Below, piece by piece: positions 58,641-64,000 of a DNA stretch of 64,000 nucleotides. This stretch comes from Diplonema japonicum. Its lineage: Eukaryota > Protista > Euglenozoa: Diplonemea. Each line of letters begins with the position of its first letter. Position 1 is the stretch's first letter. A program made the translations under genes and the position numbers. The notes under the pieces were generated by a model that was not told where the DNA came from, ran no database searches, and worked only from the letters and a program-made list of their open reading frames with translations. The stretch spans positions 839,677 through 903,676 of the forward strand of contig OZ025652.1 in assembly GCA_964019335.1 (NCBI GenBank), in the 5' to 3' direction.

Positions 58641-60221
58641 ATGTCCCCTCTCGTTTCCCGCGTTGCGGTGTTGCTAGGTGTGCTTGCCTGGACGGAGGCG
58701 CACCTCACCGTGATCTGCACATCGTCGTCGCCGCAGCAGCCGAACACCTTCGCCTTCTGGTTCATCACCTACGCGCACGGGACCGGCCCCGGCTACACGG
58801 CCCCCGGGAAGGTGTTCATCCAGGACCCTAGCGCGAAGGTGATCGAGGCGGACTTCTCGAACGTGTGCAAGCCGACGGGTCCGCATGTGTCTGCGAGTGG
58901 GTCGACGGTGGCAGACTTCGAGGGGGTGCTGAAGAGTAAGTGCGCTGGGCTGTCGGACCCTCAAGGGAGGGTCCCCGTGTTCTCGGACAGTGCGGTGGAG
59001 TGCTACAACGCAGACAACAACAACCCTGTGCCCGACTACGCGGGAGGGCTGCGGAAGGGGCAGACCGTCTTGACGGACCGCTCGAGCAGCATGACGGACT
59101 ACTTCTACGTGGTGGTGGAGGGATCCCTGGACAAGCCGCTCATGGCGGGGGCGTACGTGACCTGGTTCACAGGAACAGACCAGGTCCTCGCCGCCTGCCC
59201 GTCGCAGTACCCGTGCTCCCTCGCATCCAAGCCGTGGACCTTCGACATCTCTGTGGTGACGGGGCCGCCGAAGTGCACATCTGCGCCGGCAGCGGTGGCG
59301 AACGCGGTGCCCGGGTCGATGGTCGGGTGCGACGACGTGTACGCGGGAGGGCTGTGCCACGCGCAGTGCGCGCCGAGCTACTCGAAGATCGGGACACTGG
59401 AGTGCAAGGACAACGGGGACGGGACGGCCTCGTGGGGGAGCGCCTTCGCTTGCACGAACGAAGTGGTTTGCGGGTTGCCGAAGGCGGGGAACAACGCCGC
59501 CATCAGCTCCGACGTTGAGGGGATCCTGCACCCGTGCGCGACGCTCACCCCTGCGGGGACAAGCTGCCAGTACACCTGCAAGGGCTTCAACCAGGTGAGC
59601 GTTGGGGAGATCACCTGCAAGGATGTGAACGGGCAGGGAGTGTGGGAGGGGGGCAACAATTACGACGGGTGCGCCTGGACGGTGGCACCGACCCCGTCCC
59701 CCTGTACTGGGGTGCAGGTCTCGGTGGACGGGGTGGCCGTCGCTGGGGTGTCTGTGGGCGGGGCGGAGAACAACAACGCCGGTGGCGGTGTGTCCCTGTC
59801 GAAGATCCCGGCGCCCCTGAACAGGATGGACCTCCACGTCCCCTCCCTCCCCGTGGCAACGGGATCGACGGTAGAGCTGAGCTGCTGTGGGAGCGAGCCC
59901 TGCGAGTTCGTGCTGTCGCACTACCACTGTCCCCCTTGCTCCAGCTCTGTGAACGGGGGCTTCCCCGCGTCCCTTCCGGTCCACGGTTTCACCTCCGCCT
60001 CTTGCGGCCCGAGGTACGGCACCACGGAGCAGAGGATGTCCTCGCACCACCTCCAGCTGCAGCCTGGCGAGAAGACTGCTGTCCCGACCACCGCCGAGGC
60101 GACTTCCTTCGTTGTCTTCAGCCAGGTCGGGGCTTTCACCGAGCCCTGGTGCCCTACAAAGAAGGTGGGGTGCGGCGGGCCTTGCCTGATCAACATCTGC
60201 AAGTGTGTTGACACCCTTTAG
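58641..60221 (+). CDS. Secreted Cys-rich protein with two sushi/CCP-like repeats and the shared C-terminal Cys-rich domain
   Basis: Signal peptide (AWTEA|HLTV); C.....G..C...C.......G...C.......W repeats; CPPCSSSVNGGFP...CGPRY. Confidence 0.8.
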   Translation: MSPLVSRVAVLLGVLAWTEAHLTVICTSSSPQQPNTFAFWFITYAHGTGPGYTAPGKVFIQDPSAKVIEADFSNVCKPTGPHVSASGSTVADFEGVLKSKCAGLSDPQGRVPVFSDSAVECYNADNNNPVPDYAGGLRKGQTVLTDRSSSMTDYFYVVVEGSLDKPLMAGAYVTWFTGTDQVLAACPSQYPCSLASKPWTFDISVVTGPPKCTSAPAAVANAVPGSMVGCDDVYAGGLCHAQCAPSYSKIGTLECKDNGDGTASWGSAFACTNEVVCGLPKAGNNAAISSDVEGILHPCATLTPAGTSCQYTCKGFNQVSVGEITCKDVNGQGVWEGGNNYDGCAWTVAPTPSPCTGVQVSVDGVAVAGVSVGGAENNNAGGGVSLSKIPAPLNRMDLHVPSLPVATGSTVELSCCGSEPCEFVLSHYHCPPCSSSVNGGFPASLPVHGFTSASCGPRYGTTEQRMSSHHLQLQPGEKTAVPTTAEATSFVVFSQVGAFTEPWCPTKKVGCGGPCLINICKCVDTL

Positions 60222-61728
60222 AGTTTTTTTTTTTTTGAAAGATAAAAATTAAAATAAAAAAGAGAACAAAGAAAAGGATAGGAAGAAGGGAGAGTTTCTT
60301 TCACTTGCTTTCTTTTCGCTTTCTATCGAGAAGTTCACATTGTCTTCTATTGCCCAGTGATCTTTTTTTTTAAAATTTTTTTCTATCTTTTTTTTATTAT
60401 ACCTCCCCTCGCTTTTACTTCCTCTCAGCCTTAATAACAATAATAAAAAAGTAAAAAATGATAACAAACTGTTTTTTTGTGTCGAGTAGGAATTTACTTC
60501 TGCGGGCTTTACCTTTGCTTTTTCCGTCTTGTCCGAGCAAAAAACCGAAAAGACATGTTTTTTTTACCATATTCAATTATTGTTATTATTATTATTATTT
60601 TCTTTTTTTTTTTTTGCGATTGTTTGCATGCACCAGCTCAGTATAAGTATGGCTAAGATGTGTTAGACGGCTGTCTCACGTCAACCTACCGCCCACTGAT
60701 TTCGCATATATTTCATTTTTAGTGAGCCCCCCTCCCCTCCTTTCCCGTGCTGAGGTATCATTTTACTGTTTGAAGGGCCCCCTTTTCTATTTTTTGAAGT
60801 GCAGAGCACTTTTTTTTCTTATGCTCTAAACTTCTTTTTATCAGAAACAAAAAAAAAAAAGAAGGAAATTAAAAGAAAAAGAAGGAAAGAAGCATTCCAA
60901 CCGTTCTGCTTAGTCATCTGTCCTTATCTCTTAGGACTCTAATGAACTGCATAAAACGACACTTGTCACTTTGTCTGAGCTTCTCTTTTATCTCGCTGCC
61001 GAGAATGGCATGTGAGACCTTTCCCATAATTGGCTGGAATGCAACTTAATTTCTATTTTTGTTTTCTTTCTTGTTTCTCTCTTTTCTTCTATTAGCTTGC
61101 TGCATCCTGAACTCAAATCACAGGTTATAGAAATACACAAAATGAAATTCTTGCACGAAACCTCGCTTCATTAAGCAAGCCCCGCAAGGGACTGCCAGGC
61201 GAGAGGAAAGGTACCGACGTGTGAGGAACTAAGGGGGGAGGGTCCGCCGAGAGAAGTACGAAAATACTACTCTCAGCTGGAAGGAACTGGTAACCCGCAG
61301 CGAGACCGAAGCCAACCTGGGAATGAACAACCCGCAATGGAAGTAGCAAGGGAGAAGCCTCTCCAAGGCCTGCAGAGCGCGCAAGGTTTTGGCATGTTAC
61401 AATTTCCTTAGGATTCCCAGGAAACTCACGGCTAGGACTCCTAGGAAACTCACGGCTGGAGAAGCCTCTCCAACTTGTATGTTGGGTGCCTTGCTTATTC
61501 TGAGGATTTTCGACAGTGGACCACTTAAAGCTTTAAAGCTACAGTTTCTGTACTTTATTGGTCATTCGTGTTCTGCTGGTGCCTGCCGCCTCTGCCTGGG
61601 TTTGCCGCTGCGTCCGTCGTCCGTCGTCGCCGTCGTCCGGGGGGGTTGTTTTGCCCGTCGGCCTGCCCGCCGCTTACCGAAAGGATCCCCTCCCCCAACA
61701 CACACTTTAAAAAAAAATAAAATAAAAA

Positions 61729-62745
61729 ATGGATCCAAGACGGAACGCAAGAGGAGGTGACCGCGCAAACCGCAGGGAGAAGGAACCCCGACAGGCCGCC
61801 AGGCTGCACACGACGCCAGGGCCGACCCAACCAGACTATCTGGTTGGGCAGTATGAATCCCCACCCCCACCCCCTAGATCCCCCCACCCCCCTTTAGAAA
61901 AGAAAAATAAAATAAAAAAATCACTAGCAGAGACCGCGGTTTTGACCGCCGCTGCTACAGCCACGGCCGCCCCAGCCGCCCTGAACGCCGCAGCCGACCC
62001 TGCCGCCCTGATCGCCGCAACTGAGACCGCCGCAGCCGCCCCTGCCGCAGCCACGACCGCCGCGACCACGACCCCTGCAGCCGACCCTGCTATTGTTGAA
62101 GAGGGAAGAAAAGAGGGAGAAAAAAAGGGGTGGGTACTGGTGTATGGTGAACACCCTCCCGGGTTGAGGACGGGCCCGGCCCCTGCCTTCCCGAAAGCCC
62201 TGCTTTCAGGAAAGTGGGAGGCCCTGTCTGGGAACTCAGGGAGGGAGACCCTCCAATACGGGTACCGGTGGGAGGGGACGAACGCCAAGGTGCGCCCCAC
62301 CACGGGGATCCCAGGGGGGGCGGAGGGGTGGGTGAGGGAGGTGGCCGCCGCCGCAGGGCTCAAGGTGGTCCCCAACCAGGTACTTGTCAACAAGTACAAG
62401 TCTGGTTGTGGGATTGCCGCCCACAAGGACGACGCGAGGCTGGGACCGATTGTCCTAGTCCTCTCGTACGGAGCCGAGACCACAATGGTCATGAGGAGGG
62501 GGGACAGGGTGGCGAGATACCCCTTCTCATGGGCACTGTTGGAAGGTGAAGCGAGACACCAGTGGACGCACCACATCCCGTCCGGGATGTCCACTGGTGT
62601 CAGGGTGTCGATCACCCTGCGTGCGGTAGGCCCCAAGCTCACCCGCACACCCCAGGAAGACCCACCCCCTGGGTTAACAGACGAACCCCCTTTTTTAGAT
62701 CCCCTTTTTTGTGGGCAAGGGGGTGGCACTCCCGAGAGAGGATAG
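61729..62745 (+). CDS. AlkB-family 2OG-Fe(II) dioxygenase domain ORF (exon structure uncertain; possibly part of a mobile element)
   Basis: RETLQYGY, NQVLVNKYKSGCGIAAHKD, VLVLSYG, EARHQWTHHI, RVSITLR (HxD...H...RxxxxxR). A possible in-frame intron starts with GTATG at 61851. Confidence 0.8.
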   Translation: MDPRRNARGGDRANRREKEPRQAARLHTTPGPTQPDYLVGQYESPPPPPRSPHPPLEKKNKIKKSLAETAVLTAAATATAAPAALNAAADPAALIAATETAAAAPAAATTAATTTPAADPAIVEEGRKEGEKKGWVLVYGEHPPGLRTGPAPAFPKALLSGKWEALSGNSGRETLQYGYRWEGTNAKVRPTTGIPGGAEGWVREVAAAAGLKVVPNQVLVNKYKSGCGIAAHKDDARLGPIVLVLSYGAETTMVMRRGDRVARYPFSWALLEGEARHQWTHHIPSGMSTGVRVSITLRAVGPKLTRTPQEDPPPGLTDEPPFLDPLFCGQGGGTPERG

Positions 62746-63180
62746 TGCCCCACCCGCCCCCTTTTTTTTTTTAGAACCCTCTTCGGAGGAAAACAGACCC
62801 TCTTCGGAGGAAAATAGAGAGAGGGGAAGAGGTGGCACTCCCGAGAGAGGGTGGTGCTCCTCCCCCCCATTTGTCCCCCCCTTTTTCATTTTTAGAGCCC
62901 TCTCCAGAGGAACCCTCCACGGAGGTAAAAAACAGACCCTCTTCGGAGGAAAACAGAGAGAGAGGGGAAGAGGTGGCACTCCCGAGAGAGGGTAGTGTTC
63001 CTTCCCCCCATTTGTCCCCCCCTTTTTCTTTTATAGAGCCCTCTCCAGAGGGACCCTCCACGGAGGTGAAAAACAGACCCTCTTCGGAGGAAAAAAAGGC
63101 AGAGGGAGAGACAGCACGCCCGAGAGAAGGTAGTGCCCCTCCCTCTCTGCCCCCCATTTTTTCTGGACCCTCTACGGAGG
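62721..63180 (+). repeat. Tandem repeat, about 3.5 units of 110-140 bp, containing nine CCTC-N4-GAGG mini-hairpins
   Basis: Units begin near 62722, 62831, 62972 and 63111 (ggtggcactcccgagagaggg-like). Confidence 0.88.
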
Positions 63181-63405
63181 TGTACACCCTGGTCCCCAAG
63201 GGCCGGGGGCTTTTTTTGAGGGTGGAAGGGAAAGAAAAAAAAAAAAACAAACAAGGAGGAACCTTTTTTCTTTTCAAACAACCAGGGGGACCCAGCACCC
63301 ACCCCCACCGCCCGCCAAGGTGTGGTTGGGGTGGAGGCTGCGAGCGACGTGAGAGCACCACTGCACACCCTTGTGAGAAGACAGAAAAGAGCCCCCTGGA
63401 TTGCC

Positions 63406-63720
63406 ATGGGTGGCAGGGAACCTAAGCCAGCGCCCAAGCGGAAGAAGAACAGGAGGAGGCACAGGAGCGAAACGGCCCTTCAGAGGCGTCGGGAGAAGAG
63501 GACCAAGGCGAGGGAGGGGGCGAGGGAGGCTGCCAGACAGGAGAAAAAAAGGCACCGTCGTGCGAGGAAAGAAGGGAGGAGGAGGGCCCGCAGAGAGGAA
63601 CACGAGGCCGCCCTGGAACAGAAGCCAGATGACCCTGCAATGGGGCTGAAGCGGACCGAGGTGGGAACGCCTGGAGCCCAACCCCTGGCACCCAGAATCC
63701 CGGCACCTGGGGCTGCAACC
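63406..63720 (+). CDS. Arg/Lys-rich open frame, possible downstream exon of the AlkB ORF
   Basis: MGGREPKPAPKRKKNRRRHRSETALQRRREKR... The frame is also open upstream to about 63280 and has no stop before the window end. Confidence 0.35.
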
Positions 63721-63812
63721 GTGGTCTGTGTGCGTGCGTGTGTTTGCGTCTGTGCCTGTGTGCGTGCATGTGTCTGTGCTTGCACGTGTCTGTGTTGTGT
63801 GTACTCGTGTCT

Positions 63813-64000
63813 GCAAACCCGCAAACCCGCAAACCCGCAAACCCGCAAACCCGCAAACCCGCAAACCCGCAAACCCGCAAACCCGCAAACCCGCAAACCC
63901 CGCAAACCCCGCAAACCCCGCAAACCCCGCAAACCCCGCAAACCCCGCAAACCCCTCAAACCCCGCAAACCCCGCAAACCCCGCAAACCCCGCAAACCCC
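63813..64000. repeat. Telomere-like satellite: (GCAAACCC)x10 then (GCAAACCCC)x12, running off the window
   Basis: Counted directly, with one TCAAACCCC variant at 63956. Preceded by a degenerate (TG)n tract at 63721-63812. Confidence 0.95.

Noticed and set aside
44735-60221. Bacterial contaminant contig
   Set aside because: Spacers are long and homopolymer-rich with pyrimidine tract-AG acceptors, and a repeat is shared with an intron in the core region.
43408-60732. Bona fide integron
   Set aside because: The recombinase is a Crypton-like fragment without a catalytic domain, the hairpins lack attC RYYYAAC/GTTRRRY ends, and one gene junction lacks the site. Kept only as an analogy.
62721-63180. 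CRISPR-like array
   Set aside because: Whole units are repeated with no unique spacers; eukaryotic context and no cas genes.
63813-64000. True right-arm telomere
   Set aside because: Strand orientation is wrong for a right chromosome end, and the window edge need not be a contig end.

Overview
Eukaryotic nuclear DNA from a euglenozoan, most likely a diplonemid. Evidence: two paraflagellar-rod family genes, a kinetoplastid-type LRR-PKA regulatory subunit, every credible gene on the + strand, and very short GT-AG introns. The window has two compartments. (1) About 0.8-43.0 kb is a tightly packed core region: PFR1, a CID-domain protein, an SLC4/BOR transporter, TOR kinase, a GPI-anchored protein, a vanin-like hydrolase, an iGluR-like channel, a giant coiled-coil/PDZ protein, a formin-like/BTB protein, a triple cold-shock protein, PKAR, a CTL/SLC44 transporter and a PFR-like protein. 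Its introns are mostly 31-46 nt. (2) About 43.2-64 kb is an accessory region with homopolymer-rich spacers and GC3-rich genes for secreted proteins, with no introns evident. These are an LVIVD-repeat protein, a bacterial-type AA10 LPMO fused to a CBM1-like module, a 2.4k-aa protein ending in two GH18 domains that lack the catalytic Glu, and a Cys-rich protein sharing a C-terminal domain and 5' flank with the LVIVD gene. The first three genes lie between two related Crypton-like (tyrosine recombinase) remnants, and a conserved hairpin recurs between island genes. The window ends with an AlkB-domain ORF, a hairpin-rich ~140-bp tandem repeat and a telomere-like (GCAAACCC/GCAAACCCC)n array. All family calls come from motif recognition by eye; no database search was run.
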